Positions 8,705 through 18,465 are shown, counted from the first letter of the stretch. The stretch is DNA of 32,000 nt from Alkalilimnicola ehrlichii MLHE-1 (GCF_000014785.1 NC_008340.1:1140001-1172000), one strand, 5' to 3'. The notes: generated from the letters alone by a model not told the origin. Numbers and translations: made by a program.

Positions 8705-9198
8705 GGCTCGACTCCTGTAGTGGATTTGTCGTGTGCGCTCGTGGCCGGGGTTCGCACTCTGCCGTCGGGTGGGACCCGTGCAGGCGTCTCAGGCAGGGTG
8801 GTGCGCGATGGTCCGCGGCTACTATTCGATTCGTCGAAATTTGGATGGTTAAAAGCTAGTTCGTGGCGGATGGGCAGGTAAACAGATGCTGGTCGACGCA
8901 ATACCTAGAGTAATAATCAGAAATACCACTATCGGGTTAGTTTGCTATCTCCTTGTATGTCGCTGAAACAAAAAGAGATATACGGCCGTTTTTGGGGTGG
9001 GGCACGGCGGCGCGGTGGCAGGAGACTTTTTGGAGGTAACCCCACCTTTTTCGCGGACGCGGGGCCCGGAGTGACCCGTTATGGCGAGAGGTCGGTGGAC
9101 ACCGGAAGGGCTGTCTGTGAACCCTGTCTATAAACCACCCTGGCAGGAAGTGCTATGTTCGGTGCACGAGATGACTCGGAGCGGACAATCGGGGGCGA

Positions 9199-9927
9199 AT
9201 GGTGTCGGACAGGCGCAGTCGAAGGGTGAGTATTGGGGTGCTCCTGCTCTGGGCCCCGATGGCCCTGCTGGCAGAGGAACTGGTGCTTACCACCGAAGAC
9301 TACCCCCCCTACAATTTCCAGGATGAGGACGGGGGGTTATCCGGTATCTCCACCGATGTGTTGCGGGAGGCGTTGGAGCGGGCCGAGATTGAGGCCTCTT
9401 TCCGCCTTCTGCCCTGGGCCCGGGCCTATGCGGCGGCACAACAGCGGCCCGGCGCCTGTGTCTATTCCACCGGCCGTACGCCTGAGCGCGAGCCGCTGTT
9501 CGAATGGGTTGGCCCGCTCTCCGACAACGACTGGGCGGCCTTCAGCCATCCCGATGCCGACGTGGAGGCCGAGTCCGTCGGCGATCTGCACATGCTGCGG
9601 GTGGGAGGGTTCCGTGGCGATGCCACCTCCGCCTACCTGGAGTCACGAGGGGTGGATATCGATTATGTCAGTCACGATGCCCTGAACGCCCGCCGCCTGC
9701 AGGCCGGCCGGATTGATGTCTGGGTCACCGGCAGCCGGGTGGCCCCCTGGCTCGCACGCCGGGAAGGCACCGGCCCGGTGGAACAGCGGTTCGTCTTCCG
9801 GGAGGTGGACCTTTACCTGGCCTGCCATCCCGACACCGATCCCGATACCCTGGCGCGTCTGCGGTCGGCACTGCAGGCCATGGAGGCCGACGGGGCGACC
9901 GAGGAGATCCGCGACCATTACCGTTGA
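9199..9927 (+). CDS. Periplasmic substrate-binding protein, family 3 (amino-acid-type SBP). No cognate permease or ATPase gene is nearby.
   Basis: 242 aa. Signal-like N-terminus RRVSIGVLLLWAPMALLA, then LVLTTEDYPPYNF...GISTDVLREA...LLPWARAY...EWVGPL, typical of the SBP_bac_3 family. Confidence 0.8.
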   Translation: MVSDRRSRRVSIGVLLLWAPMALLAEELVLTTEDYPPYNFQDEDGGLSGISTDVLREALERAEIEASFRLLPWARAYAAAQQRPGACVYSTGRTPEREPLFEWVGPLSDNDWAAFSHPDADVEAESVGDLHMLRVGGFRGDATSAYLESRGVDIDYVSHDALNARRLQAGRIDVWVTGSRVAPWLARREGTGPVEQRFVFREVDLYLACHPDTDPDTLARLRSALQAMEADGATEEIRDHYR

Positions 9928-10034
9928 CCGACCTTTTCTGTGAGGATGAATCCGGTATAGTTAACAACTAGTACCAATAGGGAGTGTCGTCCCCCTCGGA
10001 CGGCGCGCACACGGGCGCCTGATCGGGAGAGCGC

Positions 10035-10589
10035 ATGCTGGCGAGCGATTACCTGCGTTTCCGGGATGATCTCGTAGGTAGGGGTATCATTTTCTCCTTT
10101 ACCGGCTATGTTACCGAGAGCATTCTCACGGCGCTGGGTGAGGCCCTGCGCCACAAGATGCGTCTGGACGACGCGGATCCCCGGGTGACCCGGAAGGTCT
10201 TCTCTGTCTTCGTCGAGCAGGTCCAGAACATCATCCGCTACTCGGCGGACCGGGAGGGCGACGCTCAACAAGGTGGCGCGCCGGCATTGAGTTCCGGAAT
10301 GGTGACCGTCGGCCGTGACGGCGGGCGCTTTTTCGTGGTCTGTGGCAACACGGTGACGCCGGAGGATGCGCGGCGTCTGCGCGAGCGGCTGGAGAACCTG
10401 GCCCGCATGGACCGCGATCAACTGCGCAAATACTACAAGACGAAGCTCCGCGAACCGCCCGAGGAGGACAGCAAAGGGGCCAGTATCGGCCTCATTGAGA
10501 TTGCCCGGCGGGCGAGTGAGCCTATCGAGTTCGACTTCCTCGATCTGGACGCCGAGCACGTCTTTTTCTGTCTCAAGGCTTACATCTGA
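10035..10589 (+). CDS. siaB: SiaB-like protein kinase (HATPase-like, anti-sigma-kinase fold).
   Basis: 184 aa. IIFSFTGYVTESILTALGEALR, FVEQVQNIIRYS, GASIGLIEIARRASEPI and a C-terminal FFCLKAYI match my recollection of P. aeruginosa SiaB (PA0171). The neighbours are DUF1987, GGDEF and PP2C genes. Confidence 0.75.
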   Translation: MLASDYLRFRDDLVGRGIIFSFTGYVTESILTALGEALRHKMRLDDADPRVTRKVFSVFVEQVQNIIRYSADREGDAQQGGAPALSSGMVTVGRDGGRFFVVCGNTVTPEDARRLRERLENLARMDRDQLRKYYKTKLREPPEEDSKGASIGLIEIARRASEPIEFDFLDLDAEHVFFCLKAYI

Positions 10590-10590
10590 G

Positions 10591-10998
10591 ATGACGATTG
10601 ATCCTATCGACCTGGAAGCCACGGACCGCACCCCGCGGGTGCTGTTCGACCCGCAGGCCGGGCGGTTTGAGATGTCCGGCGAGTCCTACCCGGAGGACGC
10701 CGCGGCGTTTTTCGGGCCGATCATGGAGGCGCTGAAGGCGTTTCTGGCCGACCCGGAGGGGGCGGCCCTGCAGGTCCGTCTGGAGATGGCTTATTTCAAC
10801 AGCAGCAGTGCCAAGGCGCTGATGAACATGTTTCAGCTGCTGGAGGACGCGGCCGGAGAGGGCCGAGAGGTGACGGTGGACTGGTACTACCAGGCCGGCG
10901 ACGACACCATGGAGGAGTTCGGGGAGGACTTCTCAGAGGATTTCGAGCATGCGGAATTCCACCTCAACGAGCGGGACGACGCATCCGCCTCCAGCTGA
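10591..10998 (+). CDS. siaC: SiaC-like DUF1987 protein (phospho-switch partner of the diguanylate cyclase).
   Basis: The start is re-set to the ATG at 10591, 1 nt after the siaB TGA. The track ORF 10366..10998 begins inside siaB. The sequence TPRVLFDPQAGRFEMSGESYPEDAAAFFGPI...YFNSSSAKALMNMFQLLE...VDWYY is the DUF1987 pattern. Confidence 0.78.
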   Translation: MTIDPIDLEATDRTPRVLFDPQAGRFEMSGESYPEDAAAFFGPIMEALKAFLADPEGAALQVRLEMAYFNSSSAKALMNMFQLLEDAAGEGREVTVDWYYQAGDDTMEEFGEDFSEDFEHAEFHLNERDDASASS

Positions 10999-11005
10999 CA
11001 ACCTT

Positions 11006-11893
11006 ATGGGCCAACGCATGAATCGCTCACGCGAGAAGAGGCCAGAGGACTGGTCGTCACCCTCCGTCGCGAAGGAGTCTCCTGGTCCGCGCTTCTCGCT
11101 CTTTGACCAGGAGGAGGCCCTGCTTGCCCACGCCGAGGAGATGGTGGGGAAGTTGGATCAGGTGGCGGATGGTGTGCGTGCGCTGGCGGACGCCTACCGG
11201 CAGAGCTACCGCTCGCAGACGCGGTTGTTGCGGATGAGCGACCGTATGCAGCTGGACCTGCAGCAGGCCAACCAGAAGCTGGAGGCCCAGGCGGAATCGC
11301 TGCGCACGCTCAACGAGGCCCTCGAGAAGGAGGTGCAGGCGCGCGAGACCCTGGCCGAGGAATTGCACCGCCTGGCCATGATGGATGACCTGACCGGGGT
11401 CTATTCCCGCCGCCAGGTGTTGGAGGTGGGGGAGCGGGAGCTGGCCCGTCGCCGTCGCCAGGGGCTCACGCCGCTCACTCTGCTGATGATGGACCTGGAC
11501 CACTTCAAGCGCATCAACGACAAGTACGGCCACGCTGCCGGGGACACGGTGCTGGTCGCCTTCTCCGAAGTGTTGCGGCGCAATCTGCGCGAGTCCGACG
11601 CCGTCGGGCGCCTGGGGGGCGAGGAGTTTCTTGCCGTCCTGCCCGATGTCGACCTGCAGGGCGGCCTGGCGTTGGCGGAACGGATCCGGTCCGAGATCGC
11701 CGAGTTGCGTATTCCCTGGCAGGAGGAGGCGATCCGGCTGACGGTCAGCATCGGGGTGGCGGGGATCCTGGCGGTGCATGAGTCCCTGGATGACACCATC
11801 ATGCGGGCTGATGACGCCCTCTATCAGGCCAAGGTGGCCGGGCGTAACCGGGTGACGGTGGCCGGCAGCGGGGCTCAAGGGCCGGAGGGTTGA
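11006..11893 (+). CDS. siaD: Diguanylate cyclase: coiled-coil N-terminus plus a GGDEF domain with an I-site.
   Basis: DDLTGVYSRR, DLDHFKRINDKYGHAAGD and RESDAVGRLGGEEF (RxxD five residues before GGEEF). The ATG at 11006 lies 7 nt after the siaC stop. An alternative ATG is at 11018. Confidence 0.88.
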   Translation: MGQRMNRSREKRPEDWSSPSVAKESPGPRFSLFDQEEALLAHAEEMVGKLDQVADGVRALADAYRQSYRSQTRLLRMSDRMQLDLQQANQKLEAQAESLRTLNEALEKEVQARETLAEELHRLAMMDDLTGVYSRRQVLEVGERELARRRRQGLTPLTLLMMDLDHFKRINDKYGHAAGDTVLVAFSEVLRRNLRESDAVGRLGGEEFLAVLPDVDLQGGLALAERIRSEIAELRIPWQEEAIRLTVSIGVAGILAVHESLDDTIMRADDALYQAKVAGRNRVTVAGSGAQGPEG

Positions 11894-13563
11894 TGCAGGA
11901 AGCGGCAGCGCCGGGCCGGCGGGTTTCGCGGGGTCTGACCTTTAAGCAGGCGGTCACCACCCTGGTGGTGGTCTTCCTGTTGGGTGTGCTGGCGGCCGCC
12001 GTGGAGATCTACGCCGACTGGCGCTCCATGCGCGACGAGGTCCGTACCCATATGCAGCAGACCCTCGCCATGGTCGAGGGCTCGGCGGTGGACGCCGCCT
12101 TCAACCTCAACCCGGACGGTGCCAATCAGATCGCCCGGGGGTTGGCCGAGTACGAATTCATCCAGCGCGTGGAGTTGCACGATAACTTTGGCGACCGGCT
12201 GGCGCTGTACGATCGCCCCCGGGCGCTGAATGAGAATGGGATGGCGGGCCGGCTGTTCGACGACCTTTCCCACTGGGAGGTCGAGCTGATCCGGCAGGAC
12301 ATCATTGGCCGTGCTGAGCCCGTCGGTGAATTGCGGGTGCGACTGGACCCGGAGGTGATCGCCGCCGGTTTCGTGCACCGCACGGCAGTGAACGCAGGGG
12401 TCAACTTGATCAAGGCGCTGGCCATTTCGTTGCTGGTCGTCGCGATCTTCCACTTCCTCATCACCCGTCCGCTGTTGCGGCTGAACACCGCCATCGCCGG
12501 TGTAGACCCCGCCCACCCGGGCGATTGGTCGAGGCCGGGTATGCCCGGCCACCAGGGCGACGAGCTGGGCCAGATCGTGGGCTCGCTGGACCGTCTGCTG
12601 GGGGCCTTTCAGAAGGGGTTGAACCAGCGGGATCAGGCCGAGGGTGAGTTGAAGGCGCTGACCGAGGAGTTGGAGCAACGGGTACAGGACCGCACCCGTA
12701 AGCTGCAGGATGCCATGGACGAGCTTGCCGCGGAGAAGGAAGAGACCGAGGCCGCCTATGGGCGCCTCAACGAGGCGCACCGGGAGTTGGAGCGGGCCAA
12801 CCGCCTGGTGGTGGAGAGCATCCGCTACGCCCGCCGGATTCAGACGGCGATGCTCCCCGACAAGTCGGCACTGGGCGATGCCGTCCAGGAGATCCATGTC
12901 TGCTGGGAGCCGCTCCACCTGGTGGGCGGGGACTACTTCTGGCTGGAGCGTTTCGGGCGGCAGAGCCTGATTGTGGTGGTGGATTGCACCGGGCACGGTG
13001 TGCCAGGCGCCTTCATTACCCTGGTGGTGGCCTCGGCGCTGGACCGTATCCTCCACGAGCGCGATCTGCGCAGCCCGGCGGAGATCCTCACCGCCCTGGA
13101 CGAGATGGTCCGGGCCCGCCTGCGTCAGGATGGGGAGGAGCCGGAGTCCGACGACGGTCTGGATGCCAGCATCTGCCTCTGGGACGAGGCCGATCGCAGC
13201 GTGACGTTCTCCGGTGCCGGCCTGCCCTTGATTTACGTCGAGGATGGCGAGGCGCATGAAATCAAGGGCAACCGGGCCGGCCTCGGCTACCATAGCCTGG
13301 TCCCGCGTAAACCGTTCGTGGATCACCGGGTACCGGTGAAACCGGGGATGTCCTTCTACCAACTCACCGATGGCATCCCCGACCACATGGGTGGGGAGCC
13401 CCGGCGACTGCTCGGCCGCCGGCGGGTGCGCCGGCTGATCGCCCGTAACGCCCATCTGCCCATGGCCGAGCAGATCCAACGCCTGGAGGCGGAGCTGGAA
13501 CGCTACCGTGGCCCCGAACCCCGCCGTGATGACATGACCCTGGTGGGCTTCCGCCCCCTCTGA
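11893..13563 (+). CDS. siaA: Membrane sensor PP2C/SpoIIE-type Ser/Thr phosphatase with a HAMP domain (SiaA-like).
   Basis: TM (LVVVFLLGVLAAAV), a roughly 150-aa periplasmic region, a second TM (LAISLLVVAIFHFLI), HAMP and a coiled coil. The PP2C motifs are VGGDYFW, DCTGHGVPGAF and RDDMTLVGF. The ATG at 11893 overlaps the siaD TGA (TGATG). The track starts at TTG 11890. Confidence 0.85.
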   Translation: MQEAAAPGRRVSRGLTFKQAVTTLVVVFLLGVLAAAVEIYADWRSMRDEVRTHMQQTLAMVEGSAVDAAFNLNPDGANQIARGLAEYEFIQRVELHDNFGDRLALYDRPRALNENGMAGRLFDDLSHWEVELIRQDIIGRAEPVGELRVRLDPEVIAAGFVHRTAVNAGVNLIKALAISLLVVAIFHFLITRPLLRLNTAIAGVDPAHPGDWSRPGMPGHQGDELGQIVGSLDRLLGAFQKGLNQRDQAEGELKALTEELEQRVQDRTRKLQDAMDELAAEKEETEAAYGRLNEAHRELERANRLVVESIRYARRIQTAMLPDKSALGDAVQEIHVCWEPLHLVGGDYFWLERFGRQSLIVVVDCTGHGVPGAFITLVVASALDRILHERDLRSPAEILTALDEMVRARLRQDGEEPESDDGLDASICLWDEADRSVTFSGAGLPLIYVEDGEAHEIKGNRAGLGYHSLVPRKPFVDHRVPVKPGMSFYQLTDGIPDHMGGEPRRLLGRRRVRRLIARNAHLPMAEQIQRLEAELERYRGPEPRRDDMTLVGFRPL

Positions 13564-13571
13564 TTGCCCGC

Positions 13572-13767
13572 CGCCTGGACTGCCACGCCCCCTTCGGGGG
13601 CTCGCAGTGGCGATGGAGGGGGCACACCCCCGTCATCGCGAGGGCCGAAGGCTTTGCCACCGTCATCGCGAGGGCCGAAGGCCCGTGGCGATCCAGAGCG
13701 GTAGACTGCCACGTCGGCTTCGCCTCCTCGCAGTGACGGTGGGGGTGGCCTTTCCCGCGGTGGCGGT
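13572..13767. repeat. Cluster of nested-palindrome (REP/MITE-like) repeat units directly after the siaA stop.
   Basis: Right-half copy at 13575-13622 (CTGGACTGCCACG CCCCCTTCGGGGG CTCGCAGTGGCGATGG). Isolated left arm at 13627-13652 (CCCCCGTCATCGCGAGGGCCGAAGGC). Full copy at 13657-13745 with core 13661-13739 (CGTCATCGCGAGG...CGTGGCGATCCA...GACTGCCACG...CCTCGCAGTGACGG). The arms are imperfect inverted repeats. Confidence 0.85.
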
Positions 13768-13772
13768 GATAA

Positions 13773-15350
<1,578 letters not shown>

Positions 15351-15365
15351 CGCCTGCCCAGCCCG

Positions 15366-15419
15366 GCCACGGCGGCAAAGCGTGCCCGTTGCCGGTGCGC
15401 TGCCCCCAGTGACGGTGGG
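15366..15419. repeat. Degenerate right-half copy of the same repeat family, between convergent guaB and the VIT1 gene.
   Basis: GCCACGGCGGC (15366-15376) is identical to 28092-28102 in the array copy. CAGTGACGGTGGG (15407-15419) matches the right-arm motif. Confidence 0.45.
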
Positions 15420-15436
15420 CGTCGCGGGCTCGCTGC

Positions 15437-16192
15437 TCAGAGGGCTTGGAGCAGCAACGGTTCCAGCAACCTCCCCACCAGGAAGGCGGCCAGCGCGGCA
15501 CTGCCGCCCAACAGCAGGGTCTCCAGCCCCGCGCGCCAGCGGGACATATCCAGGATGACCCCCTTGGCGTAACCGATGCCGAAGAGCGCCAGAGCCGTCA
15601 CAACGGCGCTGATCAAAAAGTATTCGTCGCCGGCTAGGAAGGGCACCAGGAAGGGGGCCAGGGGCACGAAGCCGATGCCGACGAAGGCGGCGAAGGTGGT
15701 CAGGCCGGAGACCAGGGCCGAGGGGCCGTGCAAGGCCAGGCCGTGCTCTTCCATCAGCATGGTCTCCACCCACAGCCGCTGGTCCCGGGTGATGGTCTCG
15801 ACGATGTGCTCCAGGGCGTCGCCGTCAAAGCCCTTGGCCTCGAAGATGGCGCGGATCTCCTCCCGCTCCCCCTCCGGGTCCACCGCCACGTGGTGGTGCT
15901 CCTGTTCGCGCAGCCGGTGTCGCGCCTCGTCGGTGCTCTTCACGGCCTGATAGTTGCTCACTGCCATGCTCAGGGCGTCGGCAATCAGGCTGGCCAAGCC
16001 GAGCACAAAGGCGACCATGCCGGGCAGGCCGGCGCCGGCCACGCTGGCCACCAGCGCCAGGGTGGTGATGCAGCCGTCGATGCCGCCGAGGATGGCGTCG
16101 GGCAGGTAGCTGCGGTGCTTGTCGCCGGCCAGCCGCTCGCGGATGTCTGCCGGGTCGTGGCTGTGTTCCAGGTCGTGCCGTTTCGGGTTCAT
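15437..16192 (-). CDS. VIT1/CCC1-family iron/manganese transporter.
   Basis: The start is re-set to the ATG at 16192 (MNPKRHDLEHSH...), with GGAGAGAGG just upstream. DAILGGIDGCITTLALVASVAGAG plus a C-terminal TM bundle. 251 aa. Confidence 0.8.
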   Translation of the reverse strand: MNPKRHDLEHSHDPADIRERLAGDKHRSYLPDAILGGIDGCITTLALVASVAGAGLPGMVAFVLGLASLIADALSMAVSNYQAVKSTDEARHRLREQEHHHVAVDPEGEREEIRAIFEAKGFDGDALEHIVETITRDQRLWVETMLMEEHGLALHGPSALVSGLTTFAAFVGIGFVPLAPFLVPFLAGDEYFLISAVVTALALFGIGYAKGVILDMSRWRAGLETLLLGGSAALAAFLVGRLLEPLLLQAL

Positions 16193-16388
16193 TCCTCTCT
16201 CCCCCGCACACCACGGCTGAGCCGGGCCTCCCCTGTTCCAGGCTGGCCGGTCCCGGTGTGTCCGGCGCCTGGGTGCGCGCCGGTCGTTGCATGCGGTATG
16301 CTGTGGCGCCTCAATGGCCGGCATTCCGGCGGTTTTTTTTAGCATGGGGCGTGTCCCTGTGCCAGCCTTCGTTCCAGCGGATCTATCA

Positions 16389-17966
16389 ATGACTCAGGAT
16401 ATTCACGCCCATCGCATCCTCATTCTCGATTTCGGCTCCCAGTACACTCAATTGATCGCCCGCCGTGTGCGCGAGGCGGGGGTATACTGCGAGATCTACG
16501 CCTGGGACGCCCCGGAGACGGCGATCCGCGATTTCGGTGCGGCCGGTTTTATCCTCTCCGGCGGGCCGGAGTCCATGACGGTGGACAACGGCCCGCGGGT
16601 CCCCGAGGCCGTCTTCCAGGCCGGCGTGCCGGTACTCGGCATCTGCTACGGCATGCAGGCCATGGCGGGCCAGTTGGGCGGCCGGGTGGAAGCCTCCGAT
16701 CACAAGGAGTTCGGCTATGCGCGGGTGCGCGCTCGCGGCCACTCGCGCCTGCTGCGCGACATCGAGGACCACGCCAGTCCCGAGGGCTGGGGGCTGCTGG
16801 ACGTCTGGATGAGCCACGGTGACCGGGTCACCGGCTTGCCCCCGGGGTTCAAGCTCATTGCCAGCACCGAGAGCTGCCCCATCGCCGGCATCGGTGACGA
16901 CGAGCGCGGCTATTACGGGGTGCAGTTCCACCCGGAGGTCACCCATACGCCTCAGGGGGCCCGTATCCTCTCCCGTTTCGTCCATGAGATCTGCGGCTGT
17001 CCGGCGGACTGGACGCCGGGGAATATCGTCGATGATCTGATCGAGCGTGTCCGGCGCCAAGTGGGCGGGGACAAGGTGCTCCTGGGGCTCTCCGGGGGGG
17101 TGGATTCCTCCGTGGTGGCGGCGCTGCTGCACCGGGCCATCGGCGACCAGCTGACCTGCGTCTTCGTGGACAACGGCCTGCTGCGCAAGGACGAGGGCGA
17201 TCAGGTGATGGCCACGTTCGCCCGGCACATGGGCGTGAACGTCATCCGGGTGGATGCCGAGGCGCGCTTTCTTGAGGCCCTGAAGGGCGTCGACGACCCG
17301 GAGCGCAAGCGCAAGATCATTGGCAATATGTTCATTGAGGTCTTCGACGAGCAGGCCGCCCGCCTGACCGAGGTGGACTGGCTGGCCCAGGGCACCATCT
17401 ACCCGGATGTGATCGAGTCCGCCGGTTCGGCCACCGGCAAGGCCCATGTCATCAAGTCGCACCACAACGTGGGCGGGCTGCCGGAGGACATGACGCTGAA
17501 GCTGGTGGAGCCGTTGCGCGAGCTGTTCAAGGACGAGGTGCGCCGCATCGGCCTGGAGCTCGGGCTGCCCGCCGACATGGTCTACCGGCACCCCTTCCCG
17601 GGGCCGGGCCTGGGGGTGCGGATCCTCGGCGAGGTGCGCAAGGAGTACGCGGACCTGCTTCGGGAGGCGGACGCCATCTTTATCGAGGAACTGCGCGCCC
17701 ACGACCTCTACGACCAGGTTAGCCAAGCCTTTGCCGTCTTCTTGCCCGTGAAGTCGGTGGGGGTCACCGGCGACGGCCGTCGCTACGAGTACGTGGTGGC
17801 GCTGCGGGCGGTGGAGACCATCGATTTCATGACCGCACGCTGGGCCCACCTGCCTTACGAGTTCCTGGATCACGTCTCCCGCCGGATCATCAACGAAATA
17901 CCTGGCATCTCCCGGGTGGCGTACGATATCTCCGGCAAACCCCCGGCGACCATCGAGTGGGAGTAA
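16389..17966 (+). CDS. guaA: GMP synthase (glutamine-hydrolysing).
   Basis: The start is re-set to the ATG at 16389 ([29 protein letters not shown]). GATase motifs ICYGMQ and HPEV. ATP-PPase SGGVDSSV. Ends ...PPATIEWE. 525 aa, as in E. coli. Confidence 0.96.
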   Translation: MTQDIHAHRILILDFGSQYTQLIARRVREAGVYCEIYAWDAPETAIRDFGAAGFILSGGPESMTVDNGPRVPEAVFQAGVPVLGICYGMQAMAGQLGGRVEASDHKEFGYARVRARGHSRLLRDIEDHASPEGWGLLDVWMSHGDRVTGLPPGFKLIASTESCPIAGIGDDERGYYGVQFHPEVTHTPQGARILSRFVHEICGCPADWTPGNIVDDLIERVRRQVGGDKVLLGLSGGVDSSVVAALLHRAIGDQLTCVFVDNGLLRKDEGDQVMATFARHMGVNVIRVDAEARFLEALKGVDDPERKRKIIGNMFIEVFDEQAARLTEVDWLAQGTIYPDVIESAGSATGKAHVIKSHHNVGGLPEDMTLKLVEPLRELFKDEVRRIGLELGLPADMVYRHPFPGPGLGVRILGEVRKEYADLLREADAIFIEELRAHDLYDQVSQAFAVFLPVKSVGVTGDGRRYEYVVALRAVETIDFMTARWAHLPYEFLDHVSRRIINEIPGISRVAYDISGKPPATIEWE

Positions 17967-17970
17967 GGAC

Positions 17971-18465
17971 TTGGTCGGGACCGACTGCGGCGCGGTTGTC
18001 TGGCAACCCGAGGACATCCGCTGGATGCGGCGGGCGCTGGCCCTGGCCGATCAGGCCGAGGCGGCCGGCGAGGTGCCGGTCGGGGCCGTGCTGGTGCTGG
18101 ACGACCGGGAGGTGGCCGTCGGCAGCAACCAGCCCATCACCGCCCGGGACCCCACGGCGCATGCCGAGGTGGTGGCCCTGCGCCGGGCCGGCGAGGTGCT
18201 GGGGGCTTACCGGCTGTCCGGTACCACGCTTTACGTAACCCTGGAGCCCTGCACCATGTGCATCGGGGCTATTATCCATGCGCGGGTAAAGCGGGTGGTC
18301 TTCGCGGCCAGTGACCCCAAGACCGGTGCCTGCGGTTCGGTCTTTGCGCTGGCCGATGCGCCGGAGCATAACCATCACCCGGAGGTGGTCGGCGGCTTGC
18401 TCGCCACCGAGGCCGGTGATCGTCTGCGACGGTTTTTCCGGGCCCGGCGCCGGGCCCGCCGTTAG
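17971..18465 (+). CDS. tadA: tRNA-specific adenosine-34 deaminase TadA.
   Basis: WMRRALALA, PVGAVLV, HAEVVALR and LYVTLEPCTMCIGAI (the CDA zinc motifs HAE/PCxxC). The TTG start at 17971 lies 4 nt after the guaA stop, with GGGAG 7 nt upstream. The in-frame ATG at 18025 would remove the conserved Trp. Confidence 0.88.
   Translation: MVGTDCGAVVWQPEDIRWMRRALALADQAEAAGEVPVGAVLVLDDREVAVGSNQPITARDPTAHAEVVALRRAGEVLGAYRLSGTTLYVTLEPCTMCIGAIIHARVKRVVFAASDPKTGACGSVFALADAPEHNHHPEVVGGLLATEAGDRLRRFFRARRRARR

Noticed and set aside
8705-9198. c-di-GMP (GEMM-type) riboswitch upstream of the SBP/sia genes.
   Set aside because: I could not find the conserved GEMM-I core segments (GGCAAACC / GACGCAAAGCC-like) by eye. 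The idea rests only on genomic context. An Infernal scan is needed before any claim.
11875-13479. 534-aa minus-strand ORF opposite the SiaA-like phosphatase gene.
   Set aside because: Shadow ORF. The plus strand carries the TM-HAMP-PP2C architecture with conserved motifs, and the antisense translation is featureless.
16386-18017. 543-aa minus-strand ORF opposite guaA.
   Set aside because: It is antisense to an unambiguous, full-length GMP synthase gene, so it is a shadow ORF.
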